Shown: positions 12,101 to 23,770 of the stretch, in pieces
How positions within the stretch are numbered: the stretch's first letter is position 1
Layout of the letters: every line of letters begins with the position of its first letter
Origin: Fistulifera solaris
Taxonomy: Eukaryota
Reading direction: 5' to 3'
Assembly: GCA_030295235.1 (NCBI GenBank)
Contig: AP026133.1
Span: forward strand, 248,001-312,000
Length of the DNA: 64,000 bases
Made by a program: the position numbers and the translations under genes
The notes under the pieces: model-generated
Database searches by the model: none
Told to the model about the DNA's origin: nothing
Seen by the model: the letters and a program-made list of their open reading frames with translations, nothing else

Positions 12101-15100
12101 CCGGTGACTGCGACGCAACCTCCTTGGAACTTCAAAGCTAGCATTTCTTTGTAGGGAATCGTGGTAAAGTTGGACTCTTCCAACTAAGAGGCGGCGTGGA
12201 ATCGTCTTACCAGCATCTTCTCCGTCCTTATAGAAAACAGCGCCGTCATCGCTGTACCGGGACGCAAATTGAAGTATTTTTCCAATCTGATCGACGTGTG
12301 CTGATAGCAAAAAGTCGGCCGCAAGCTGTTTTTGTGCTTTCCATATCGTCCTTGCTTCTTGGGACCGAAACGAAGCGCCCCGACGGGTTAACAGTAAAAG
12401 AGCTATTAAGCACGTTTCTTTACACACTTTTGGATCGGAAGCTATTACAGGCAGACTCTTCTTGTACACCTCATCAGGAAGTGTTTGAATTGCATCCGGA
12501 AAGAACGTATCACAAGCGAGGACAGCTGACAATACAACCAAAAGGATGATATTCGTACTCGAATAGAAAGAATAGAATTTTTGATTGTATCTGTAGCTTC
12601 CGCGAGTAAACGATGGCAAGCTTCTTCGTATGGCACAAATTCATCCGATTTTTTCTCTGACGGATCATTATCCAGTAATAGACTCGCCCCACCTCGAATA
12701 CAATAGCGCACAACTCGTAGGCATCGTCGCAAGTCATTGACCTCCATCGTGTTGAGCAACGCGCTGCGTCTTTCGCAATTCACCCCCTGGCCAGAAGTAT
12801 TGCAAAGAACATCCAGACGATTCAAAACATTCTTCTTCAAAAGCTCATGTGCGAAATCCACACACACTTTGTCGGGAACATACCAGGACACCATGTCCCC
12901 GTTCAGCTGAGCTGATCGCCCGAGAGAGCGTGTACCTTCATCAGTAGAAAATGCTCGCGGGCAACAATCAGAGGATATGGGGTATGATTCTGAGAGAGTA
13001 GACAGGGTATGCCTAAGCAACTTGCAGCCTGTCTTAAATAGATGACGGTCAGGCGACGCTAACGCAAAATCAATTGCAGCCGTGATGCGTTCACGATGAC
13101 GTGAAACGCCAGGACCAGCCAGCCGAACAGCGCCGGCTAAGCAACGAACTCGATATACAAGGGTCTTTGTCGAATGGCGAGGCAAATCATCAGTCAGCAC
13201 TTCAATCAGAGAATCAAGACCAGGGCTCGAGATTTCATGCGAATTGACATCTTTTCGTGCGGCAGCCACAGCTTGACATAGAAGAGAAGCATCTTTTGCC
13301 GCAGCAGGATGAGACTCGTCCTGCAAGAAATTACAAACTGTTCGCGTGGCAATGCTATGAACTTCATTATCCATGGCAGCAAATAACTGCATCAATGCCT
13401 CTTTCAAAACCCTCGAATAATTTCTTGCCGTGTGCACATCTGCCGATGAATGCCGAGACGCAACACCAGATGTGGTCTTGGCAGTTTTTTCTCTTCACCA
13501 GATGCACGCAACAAGCCGAAAACTCGATCGAGGAACTCCAGTGCCCAGTCACTCATTGCCGACATTGCCTCTGTCACGACCAAATCATGGAGCTCTTCCC
13601 CCTCCGCCGCCAAACCTTGTTTCATAAGAGACGATTCGGGTAAATTGGCAATGGCTTTCATATACTCAGGACTTTTCCGTGTCGTCTCTAACACCTTGTG
13701 CAGGTCCTTTCCCATGCAAAAAGTTCCCGCGCAAGAAGAGTCAGCATGGCCATCCAACGTAGGCCAATTGTCCGGACAACCACCGACCGGTACCCACGAG
13801 GTCAAGGAACGATAAAAAATAAGCGTCCGCAACGTTTTGTTTTGATCATTCACGTCGATTCCGGCCAAACTCAATCGCAAAATCGACGGAAGGCGCATCA
13901 ACAGTGTCCCACTGCGTAATGCGGGATGCACCAGTCGCGTTAAAGCCGACAACGCCGAAGGCGCCTGATGACTCAAGTTGACGGCCGAAATATCCAACGC
14001 ACGCATGGCAAAATCTACAAACGCCGGAGTCGTATGATCCGGATCCAGTTGTACCAAATACAACATCGAAGCTTCTCCGGCTCGTCCGACGTGACCATTT
14101 TGCTGTACATGGCTTGTTGACACAACGGCAGTAGCGTATGCATCAAACAAACCATTTCATGGGGCGGGATCGGCTGGCACAAATTCGGCTGAAGACGCAA
14201 GTACGCTGCGGCCACCGTGGGATGCTGCCGTGCCACACTTTGCAAACCCGCCGAAGACCCCACCCGGGCACACAATTCGTAACACAAATAGTGAAGGAAG
14301 GCACCCAACGTAAACGTCCACGATCCCAAATTGCTCGGATGAAAATACGGTGTGACATAATACAGAAACCGCAACACATCTTGGGTCCCGGCCGAAATGT
14401 TCGAGTCGTCGTCACAAGTTCCTGACCCCAACCCGGCAATCAATAATTTGGCCACCTTGGCGACAAAATCAATGCCTTCTTCGTACGACGATGACGCCCC
14501 GACAAAGACTTTTAATTTAGGAGGACACGATCGTGATCGTGGATTGGAAACATGCGGAAAGGACTTGTCCATGGCGGTCCCACCAATGGGCAATTGCAAC
14601 CAGTACTGTGCATTTGTCAACAAACGTTGTCGAAGGCGCGTCCAGTCGTACGTGTCATCCACAAATTTGCGGGCCCGACAAAACAGGGCCAACCACAAGA
14701 ATTCAAATTCCGGACATCGATCAATGTTCGTCCAACATTCCCACCACAGCGGCAAGACGCGATGGTAATATTCGGAAGAACACCGGGACGGATGAAACAG
14801 GTAGAGTAGGATACTCGCGCGATAGCACGCATGCGTATGTGAGTGGAACAAGGCATCCGTTTGTACCATACTCCACACGGCTTCGGCAGTTGGGTCGGTA
14901 GCACTCCCCGGAATCAATCCTTGATCAAAGAAATGTCGTGACGAACGAATGAGTTGCACGGTCCTCCGCAAGACGGTCGCTTGCCGTGAGGATGCATCGA
15001 CCGGGACACTGGCGTGGCATTTTTCATCCAAATACGGTGCCGTTCGTAGTAAGAGTCGAAGAAGGACTTTCCAATGTACAATGAGGAGGGATCTCGGCTG

Positions 15101-15524
15101 TGTTTCATCAATTGTGTAAAGGGATAGATTAGAGACTTTCCGTAAAGGTCCTTTGTTGGACATCAAATTGATCAAGACCGCCAATAAAGCTTCCCGGGCC
15201 GGTGACGGCAAAGCAAACGGTCGTTGCAATTCCTGCTGTAATTCCCGACTATCTTTTGCTTTTCGTTCGCATTCCTCCCGGTTGTCTTCCGCAAAGTGAT
15301 AGACATAACCAACTGCTTCGTAATGCAATTGAATGGTCGGCTGGTAGGAAATGGTACACGTAATTAAGCGCAATAAGTGCAAAATCATCTGACACAATTC
15401 GGGAGTGGTCCAACTGCCTCTGTATTTGAGATTTTCGACCGTCGTGAATTGCGCCTGCAATCGCAAACATTGACGAATCACGGCCTGGAGCGTTTCTGAG
15501 TGATCCAGTTTGTGTGGATTTTCG

Positions 15525-15565
<41 letters not shown>

Positions 15566-15799
15566 GTCGTCGTCGTCGTCGTCATCATCATCATCCTCCA
15601 TGATATCATCATCATCATCATCATCATTGAGAACAGTCGTACCTTCCAATAAACGCTCCGAGAGCTCTATTGCCAGAACGGACTCGACGAATTTGCGGGC
15701 TTTCTGATCAGCGTACGTTGTCACCAACGGAATCCCCTGATCATCGAAATGATGCGGTGGAAGATTGCTTTGATACGCGTGAATCATCGGAGACGTCAT
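9181..15799 (-). CDS. PSME4: Proteasome activator PA200/Blm10 (PSME4), split by about 5 frameshifts
   Basis: Six overlapping same-strand ORFs (14015-15799, 13404-14150, 12445-13437, 11528-12619, 10653-11582, 9181-10782). Motifs YFHPSNLGSW, LAGIDVNDQNKT, EYKRTHMSDNW...FTQEQLEALED. C-terminal SPHYYA is the HbYX 'YYA' of Blm10/PA200. Confidence 0.92.
15523..15627. repeat. (TCA/TCG)n microsatellite encoding poly-Asp in the PA200 N-terminus
   Basis: Directly visible; translates on the minus strand as long Asp runs. Confidence 0.9.
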
Positions 15800-16201
15800 T
15801 GCTATCTTACTGCGGATGAAAGACTATCGATTCGAAAGCAATAATAGCACCGGAAATAATAAAGCATTGCTTGGGATGCACAAGAATGAAAGCAATAAGA
15901 TGAAGGAAAGACATCGTCTGCGGTCTGCGCCGTCCTCCGAAACAACAAAGGGACCCGGAAGAAAGAAGCACGAGGATGTCGTTCGACTAAAGAAAAAGTC
16001 ATTTCTTGAAACCTTCAAGGAATTAACCAGTGCGACATGTGACTTTGAAAAACAGTGTGACAGATGACCTTTCTGTGACATCATGATTGGAACGAATTGG
16101 AAAAAACGATCAAAAAGTGACATGAATGAGAGAGACGACAATCTTTCGTTCCCTAAAACAATCATAAAGGTTCCATAAAAACAAGCAATCATCCAAAAAC
16201 G

Positions 16202-17537
16202 ATGCGAACGACATCACGGATTATTGTATTTCTATTCCTTCTCCTCGGGCATGTTTCTTGTCTAGCCAACAGCCATTTCGTGGTTGTTTCTACCAACAAG
16301 AATGGGGGACACGAAACCGTGTATACGTTGGATACGACGACGGCGGCCCCGCGATCATCGACACCATTACCACCACCACCACCACCACCCTCTTGGCGAT
16401 CCCAATTCCGTGCCGTCTTTTTACCGACCGGTCCCACTCCATCCGGTTATTTATCCTTTGCAACATTGAATGCGTTACAAGATTTATCGACCCAACTGCG
16501 GGGCGTCTTGGCGACACAACGGATATTGGAAGGTTTGGGAGTTGGTCGGGCCGATGCGACGGCCACTTCGGCCATTTTGAATTTCTTGGTAAGAGATGGC
16601 TGCGGGATGTTCGCCACGTTACTCTTTACCGCCACGGCCGCCTCGAAATTTGCCGCAGATGTCAAGCGGTGGCGATTGCTGGCCGATATCATGGTCGATG
16701 TGGGGATTACGTTGGAAATACTCGCGGCACAAGTGCCTCCCCGATTCTTTTTGCTCTTATTGTCGTTGGGTAATATGTGTAAGGCGGTCTGTGGCGTCGC
16801 CGCTGGAGCGTGTGGTGGGACCATCAATTTGCACTGGGCCAGCTGCGGCAGTGACATTGCCGACATTCAAGCCAAATTCGGGGCGCAACATGCTGTGACG
16901 GCGAGTGTCGGATTGATGGTCGCGGCCTTGACGACACAATCGTTGGCGCATGTACCGATGCGGCAATTGTGGTCGGGATATTGGATCTTGACGGTCTTGC
17001 ACATTTGGATTAATCGAAAATGTATGCGCATGATGGCGTTCACAAGTCTCAATACGGTGCGATTGCGACTGTTACTGAAACATTACCGAAACGAAAGCCA
17101 CCAATCACTACCCACTCCGCAACAAATGGCACAAACTGAACCACTCCTGTTTCTCCCGACACGGCATACAGTACCTCCCATTGAATACGGTATATCCTTC
17201 CATCATGTCGCCCATAAAATGGGTCACGAAGAAGAGGCATTGCGCCAAATACTCGAACAGGCGACACAATCTTATTGGATTTTTTGTTGCACAGCCGCAT
17301 TGTATTATGGTCGTGCTCCAAAAAGGAATTTCACCGACCGACCAAGCCAAAGCGTATTTTCATGCTACCTTACTAGCGCAGTCGCTCAAGGACGAAAAGA
17401 AGGACTTGGAGGACCGCGAGGTGGAAGTGCAATGGAACAAGTTTGCGAACCAATGTGTCCAAGCCGGCTGGGATCTGACGAAAACGGAGTTGCAGACGCA
17501 TGGCTATCACATTGAAATACAGGCAGCGAGGCAATGA
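16202..17537 (+). CDS. RUS1 / ROOT UVB SENSITIVE (DUF647) family protein, frameshift near 17280
   Basis: FLPTG...GYLSF, VLATQRILEGLGVG, RDGCGM, DVKRWRLLAD, DIADIQAK, FTSLNTVR. The C-terminus continues in ORF 17181-17537 (QAKAYFHA...AGWD). Confidence 0.88.
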
Positions 17538-17657
17538 ATATGTTTGAAGTCATAGTAAACTGAATGAATACACCATTACTTCACACATCGTTTTGAACTA
17601 GAATATCATTTGTCACAGATTCAGTGAGACGAGCATCGTACTATTCTTCTTCTTCTA

Positions 17658-18134
17658 TTATACATTCAGAGGCAACGACTCCTCGGCCCGGGAAGTTCGA
17701 TCCCCCAGTTTGTCATCCATCACGGCCAGAATGAGTGCTAAGACTGTCGCAGCACAAAAGATGTACATCTCCACCATGTCGTCATGACATCCCAATGTAT
17801 CCATTTCCTTCCCCACGGAAGTCCAAACGATCATATCGATGAGCAGAAAGACCGTCATCATGACCATGTTGGGGATTCGATATCCGCCGACCAGAACATA
17901 GCCGAAAAATCCCAACGAGAACCCATACCCTACCCTCACCGTAGCGATCGCCATGGGATTGTCTTTACCACCGATACCCGCCAACAAACATTCGTTGTAG
18001 GGATAAAGAATGGACCACGCTGCCAAGAGGATAAAAAACGAGACCAACAAATAGAGTAAGATGACAGAAACCTTACCCCCGATGGTCTTGGTGTCTGCCC
18101 AGGCCTGTTGAATGTCAGGTACCGGATTCCACAT
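17658..18134 (-). CDS. Small ~4-TM membrane protein (tandem paralog A)
   Basis: 158-aa ORF with four hydrophobic segments, clearly paralogous to 18540-19019. Confidence 0.8.
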   Translation of the reverse strand: MWNPVPDIQQAWADTKTIGGKVSVILLYLLVSFFILLAAWSILYPYNECLLAGIGGKDNPMAIATVRVGYGFSLGFFGYVLVGGYRIPNMVMMTVFLLIDMIVWTSVGKEMDTLGCHDDMVEMYIFCAATVLALILAVMDDKLGDRTSRAEESLPLNV

Positions 18135-18539
18135 GCTACGACAAGGCTGTTGCTGGTAAACAAAAGAGGCGAGGGGGATGAGCGTTGATTGCTCGAAGAA
18201 TACCAGTAAAAGGAAAATGAAAGGATCTTGTTGGCACTGCAGTCAACCCTTTCTTCGTACTCCGGACCATACCAGTACTCTCTAGAGAGTACCGGTACCG
18301 GTACCGGTACCTGTTACTTCCGTTTGTTTCAAAGATACGAAGAACAAACTGTGTCCGAGTGATACTTGTCTATACGACATATAGTACCTTTGAGTTCTGT
18401 ACGGAAACATACGCCATTTGTTTTTTAGTTTGAAACACGAGCACCAGAATAGTGAGCTTGAAACATTAGAGCACAACAACAAAAGAATGATGATATACTG
18501 GTACACCACAGATCACTTGGTTGATACAGAAATATTACG

Positions 18540-19019
18540 TTACTTATTTAAGTATTCAGGGGGAAGTGCTTCGGCTCCTCGCGGTCGTTCGCCCAACTTC
18601 TCATCCATCATGGCCAGAATCAGCGCCAGGATTGCCCAAGCCGAGTATCCGTACAAACCCAGCATATCTTGGCAACCACTTTTCGCCAAATCATGGGCCG
18701 CCTTCGACCAAACCATCAAGGCCAATAACACGAACACGGTTACCATGGCAATATTCTTCACTTTATAGCCACCCACATCAGCGTAGGCAAAGAATCCCAA
18801 CGTAAAGACCAAGCCACTGCGAACGGTGGCGAGAGCAATCGAGTTGTCGTCACCACCCATGGAAGACATCCAACAGTGACGGGGGTAGAAAATGAACCAG
18901 GCCGAAGTCAGAATAAAGTACCAGATCAGAGAATAGAACAAGATCAAAGACATCTTGCCCCAAATTGTCTTGGTATCCGACCAGGCATGTCGGGCGTGAG
19001 GACCAGGATTCCAAATCAT
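18540..19019 (-). CDS. Small ~4-TM membrane protein (tandem paralog B)
   Basis: MIWNP...AWSDTKTIWGK...ATVR...GGY...GC..D...LALILAMMDEKLGER aligns with paralog A. ATG at 19019. Confidence 0.8.
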   Translation of the reverse strand: MIWNPGPHARHAWSDTKTIWGKMSLILFYSLIWYFILTSAWFIFYPRHCWMSSMGGDDNSIALATVRSGLVFTLGFFAYADVGGYKVKNIAMVTVFVLLALMVWSKAAHDLAKSGCQDMLGLYGYSAWAILALILAMMDEKLGERPRGAEALPPEYLNK

Positions 19020-19423
19020 TTTGAGCAGTTTTGTGTTTTTGAAAAAATATGGATCGAAAAGGTCAGCCTGGTTCGAAGATGCGCTTGCTGGCTCGAGGTG
19101 GAAAAATAGACGCTTTTTGACAGTGTTCTCATCTTTCGTTGCTTCAAAAGATGAGAAGCGTGTCACACAAACAAATACTCCGTAATCAATAACACTCGAG
19201 AATTCTTTGGCGTTGCTTTTTTTTTGTTCTGGTTCACTTTTGCAGAACGCACACGAGAAGCAAGATGTCAAAGTTGATGGATGGATTGAAAAGCTGTCAT
19301 GTCTGTCACACCGTTTTCGACAATGAAGGTGTGGGTCTTGATGAGACATCACAGTGGTACTGTTGATTCACATGAATTTTTCGGAAAAGGGAAATCGGCG
19401 GCTCTTCGCCCCTGCTGTATTGT

Positions 19424-20968
19424 TTACATGTTCGACTGCAACAACACTTTTTCCGCAGCCTTGCGTACCGAATTAAGCTGCGCCATGAAATGGTCTGCTT
19501 TCAGCATCCGCTCTCGCGATAATTGACGCTGTTTATTGTTGGCAGCATGATAAATGAAATGTTTCGAGAAATGTTCCGGCTGCAAACGGACAATGCGCTG
19601 CATGTTGCACCCTCCCTTGACTCCCGTGAAAAATTGATACCCACCGGACCAAAACTCAACATTCATGCTCTCTTGACCGTCACTGCGATATTCCGGGGGA
19701 TCGAATGGTGGTAAAAAGCTTCCCATGCACAAGTCTTGCAGGCGATGGATCTGATCACGCGTTGCCATCCAGCCACCTTGTTGCGCGATCAAATGCGGTT
19801 CTCCGGGAGAAGGCTTGGTAGCATCTTCCCCAAACGCACCCCCGTCGCCGCTCCAGTACCCGAAAATTCGATCCGTTTCTTTCATTTTCTTTCCCGGCCC
19901 CGGCAATAAAGCCACCCAACCGAGATTTGGTAATTTTCGCACAGCCATGGCTTCAATCGTCGTCTCCCATATCACAATATCATCACGAGGAGGAGAAGGC
20001 GGTATCGGCACTTCTCGGGGAATCAAATCATCCGTTAAATTGACGTGGCAGCAGATGGATGGATCAAAATGGGCTTCGGACGAAGACGATGAAAACTCGT
20101 AATCGAGGGGGAATGGGTGCGAGTTTTGTCTGTGGACCATGTTCGGCTGGATTCAACAAAACTTCGACTCGCACAAATCCCGGTACCATACGATCCAACT
20201 GGGGTCGCGACAGTGGCGCCTTCCAATCGGTACTACTACTACCGCTCAACGGTGCGGCCTCTCGCAAGGCATCAATCGCCTTTGACGTTTCCATAAAATG
20301 TTGAATGTGTTCCCCGTAATCCGCATATCATCTTCGACAGCCACGAACAAATCATAATATTCCATTTTATCGCGAATCACATAACGATGTTGTCGTGCCA
20401 GTGCCCGGGTGTTTTCCGATAACCGCGCGGACGTCGTCGCTTCCCGCAACGGCGGATCGTAGCCGAGCGGACAGGCATCCTCCCATACTTGCAATCCGAC
20501 AATTGGCGGTAAGTGTCGGCGGATCAAGGCCTCCCGTTCGGGTTGTAACGAGAATGCGGTAATGAGAAAGACATCGACTTGCAAGTGGGGGTGCTTCACA
20601 ATGGATTGGATACTATCGGCGAGAACGGGTAACAGCACTTCTTTTAAACGGTCTTGATTCTTGACCGTCTTGCGCTGTCCTGTATTGAATTCGGCTAAGG
20701 ATGTTACAATATAGAGGACTCTTGTTTTTCCTGATTCTGAAGATGAGGCTCGTAAACCCGATGGTGAAGGCAGAAACTCTTCGTACGCGACGTACAGGAC
20801 AATACAACCCGCTATAAGTTTCCAAAGCAACCAAACACCAAAAAAGGCCCATCGATGGCGAGGATTCATGTTGTTAAAGCGCTCTTTGCAATTGATGTAG
20901 GCTGTCGTGATATATCCTTTGCGGGGACTGGGTGTCTTATGAGAAGGTGAAAGAATGCGTTGTTTCAT
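19424..20968 (-). CDS. Type II membrane protein, putative GT-A glycosyltransferase-like (frameshift-split)
   Basis: N-terminal TM helix, then YDLFVAVEDDM (DxD-like) and QQGGWMATR. ORFs 20246-20992, 20064-20294 and 19424-20140 chain by frameshift. Confidence 0.55.
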
Positions 20969-21152
20969 GATGGCGAATAATCTACCTCGCAAAAGCCCTT
21001 TGCTGTCTATCTCGTTCTCGCGAGCCTGGATTTATTGATTTCTAATAGAGCATGGAGATTGAAAAAGGAAACCTTTGCAACTCTCTTCGATTTCGCATGG
21101 TCATGAATGGTCTTCCATTTTGTCAGTCACTCTCGTATCTCGTATTCAACAA

Positions 21153-21161
21153 TAAAAAATC
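21153..21161. repeat. Left target-site duplication TAAAAAATC
   Basis: Identical to 27016-27024; abuts the TIR. Confidence 0.95.
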
Positions 21162-21291
21162 GGGAGACTTCCGTTAGGTCTCCAACCAGGGTGAACCTCT
21201 TCCGATAGCTCTCCCGTTAGGAGAGACGTTAACTGACTACATTCAACTTTACAGTAGAGTACGCGCCATTGGATGTGGTACTAATTACTTA
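21162..21291 (+). repeat. Left terminal inverted repeat (130 bp)
   Basis: Checked base by base: exact reverse complement of 26886-27015. Confidence 0.97.
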
Positions 21292-21461
21292 AAGGCCTTC
21301 CATCCATCATTAGTTCTACTTAGGTCACGCACAATAACCGCACAATCGTTCGCGTTGTGCGTTTGTTCCGTTCCGACTGCCGACAAGATGATCAGAACGC
21401 TGCATTCCTTATTGTCATAGTTGCCCTTCCGTTCCTACTGTTGCTCTTTTACAACATTAAC

Positions 21462-23770
21462 ATGTCGATCATTGAAACGAAGGGCGACGATCATTCGTCA
21501 CGATTATGCAAAAATATGGGGCACTTCCTCCAACCGGTCCGTATGATTTTGAAAAGTTTCTCTATGACAAACCGATCCCTGAGGATGATCACGAGGAGCT
21601 TCTCCGCAGCATCGCTTTTGTGTACGATCGAAAGCTCTTACGAGATGTCAGCAAGCACGGAGAAAGCCCTTGCTACGTGTGCACTTGCTGCAAAACGTTC
21701 TCACTTAAGTTCAAGGAAGAAAACGGCGAACTTCGATTGCTACACGACCATCCTAGTACTAACTTCAGGCACAGTTTGTTTTGCACTCCAACAAACGACC
21801 TCCCAAAGGACTGCCGCAGAAAATCAATGATAGTGCAGAACATTCCTGCTGTTCAAGACTTCTTCAAAACATGCTTCCAGGCACCAAACTTCGACAGTCA
21901 TGCTACTCGCAAGAATCTCAACGCCGTCCTCAGGAAAGAGGGTTTCGACATCGAAGTTGGCCCGACAATGCATTCAAATCTCAAGAAACACTTCCGTGAG
22001 GTCTACCCGAAAGGATTTGTTGATGTACAATGAGCTGTTGGCCCAGTATCTTCGGAAATATGTCGAGCTAAATCCAAATGCCTCCGTCAATTTAGAAACT
22101 GACCAGAACTCATGCTTTTTTCGGTCAACTGTGTTCATTGAGAATGCCGCTCGCACTTCTTTAGAAATGCCTGCATTCCTGCAATCTTTTAGACGGAACA
22201 CACATCCGTATACCCGAACACGATGGAATTGGAGTCCCGATCATAGGGGTCGATGGAAATGGAAGTAACATTCCACTTGGTTTTGGGTTGATTCCCTCGG
22301 AAAACAAGCAAGGGATGATATATATCCTTCTCATGATGTATCAAGCTGGGTTCAATTTCGGAAGAGTTTCCAGTATTCACTGACCGAGGACACATTCTCG
22401 GCGTTGGCAGAACATTATGGACTGGTTGTTTCCGTGAAGTATTGCTTGATTCATATTCTTCAAACATTTACCATCTATTCAATATCAATCAACGATCGCT
22501 GAGAGGGCAGAGCGGTCGCTTGGTTTATGCCTTGAGATGCAAAGCGCTCCAGATGTTAACGCCTTCTTGGATGCTGCGAAGAAGCTTGTCAAAGCGCTTC
22601 CACAAATTGAAGAAAACGAAACTCTTAGTACCGGTGCGAATTGTTATCTATGTTCTTGGGACAATTCATCCTACTCATTGGACTGTGTTTGGAAATACAC
22701 CGAGTCAACATGAATCTATGTGGGAGCCCCTATATTTTACCTATCTAGCTGAAGTGAATGGCTTCACAGAGATAAGTGGAGACGTCGGCGAATGGAGGTG
22801 GTTGCTCAACGATCACGTGCCAGTTGGAAACAAGTTCCCTTTATATGGTTTCTGTTCAACAAATCATGTCGAATCGGCCCAGCAGTGGCTTCTACATCAT
22901 GAAGTGAGGACTAATACCCCTCCACTAGCCATTTCTAACTTTTTGATGGCGGCTGCCGAATCTCTTCGACAATTTCGAGATGAAATAACAACCAAATCTG
23001 CTAGGTTCCTCACCATATACTTTCGAAGCTTGCAAGATACAGGCAATGAAGATCTAGATTTTGTAATAGAGGATGCTGAAGGATGCCCGATGGCAGTTTG
23101 AAATTCAAATTGTAATGCAGCTGAAAAGCACAAGAAGACGGAGTATGTTACTTATGAACCCACGAGCACTCCGTCCCTGTACTGCTCCTGCAGTAGAACA
23201 GCGATGCGGGAAATCTACTGCGGCCACATCAACCTTGTTTCACGTACAAGATCCTCAACTTGGCCCTCAATCCCACCCTCTGTGTTTTCGCGAATTCTGA
23301 AGAGTTTGGAAAAGTTCCGACAAGTGGTGATCGTCAGCTTCCTTACAGAGTTTCTTAACAACTATCCAGCGACTTGGCGTCCCGGGATTTGGGGATATCA
23401 AGCTTGCTTATCAATCAGAAAACATTTATCCATCACCAACTTACACTGACAAGCTTAACTCGGGGAACAGAATAATCAGTAATGGTGAACCGGGACCACG
23501 TAAGTCAAAGAAAAAGAAGCAATCGGCGCTGGAATCAGCACGAATGACAAAGGAGTATGAGCCAAGTTCAAAGAACAAGCTCAGTCGAAATAACGATGCA
23601 ATAGCAGAAGCGATTGCCGCCCGATGGTCTGTTTGATTTTGGGACCAAACCAAAGGCGGAACACATGCAACAGCTAGAATCAACTCTTGGGCCTTAAACG
23701 TAGAGGCGGCAAGCCCTTACCTCGGCACTGCTTTCACTGCAGATCACCGAATCACACAATTCGACAGTGT
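21462..23770 (+). CDS. MULE/MuDR-type DDE transposase with SWIM finger and CCHC knuckle (fragmented by many single-base slips)
   Basis: N-terminal Cys/His region YVCTCC...HSLFC, then YLRKYVELNP. D1 in LDGTH (GAC 22192), followed by GVDGNG. D2 in VFTDRG (GAC 22382). CxxH = CLIH (22443-22454). E in STNHVES (GAA 22871). SWIM YCSC...YCGH (23183-23227). Knuckle CFHCRSPNHTIRQC (23729-23770). Confidence 0.9.

Noticed and set aside
9181..15799. PA200 and other split genes as pseudogenes or programmed frameshifting
   Set aside because: Motifs are intact and the slips are scattered across many unrelated essential genes; sequencing error is more parsimonious.
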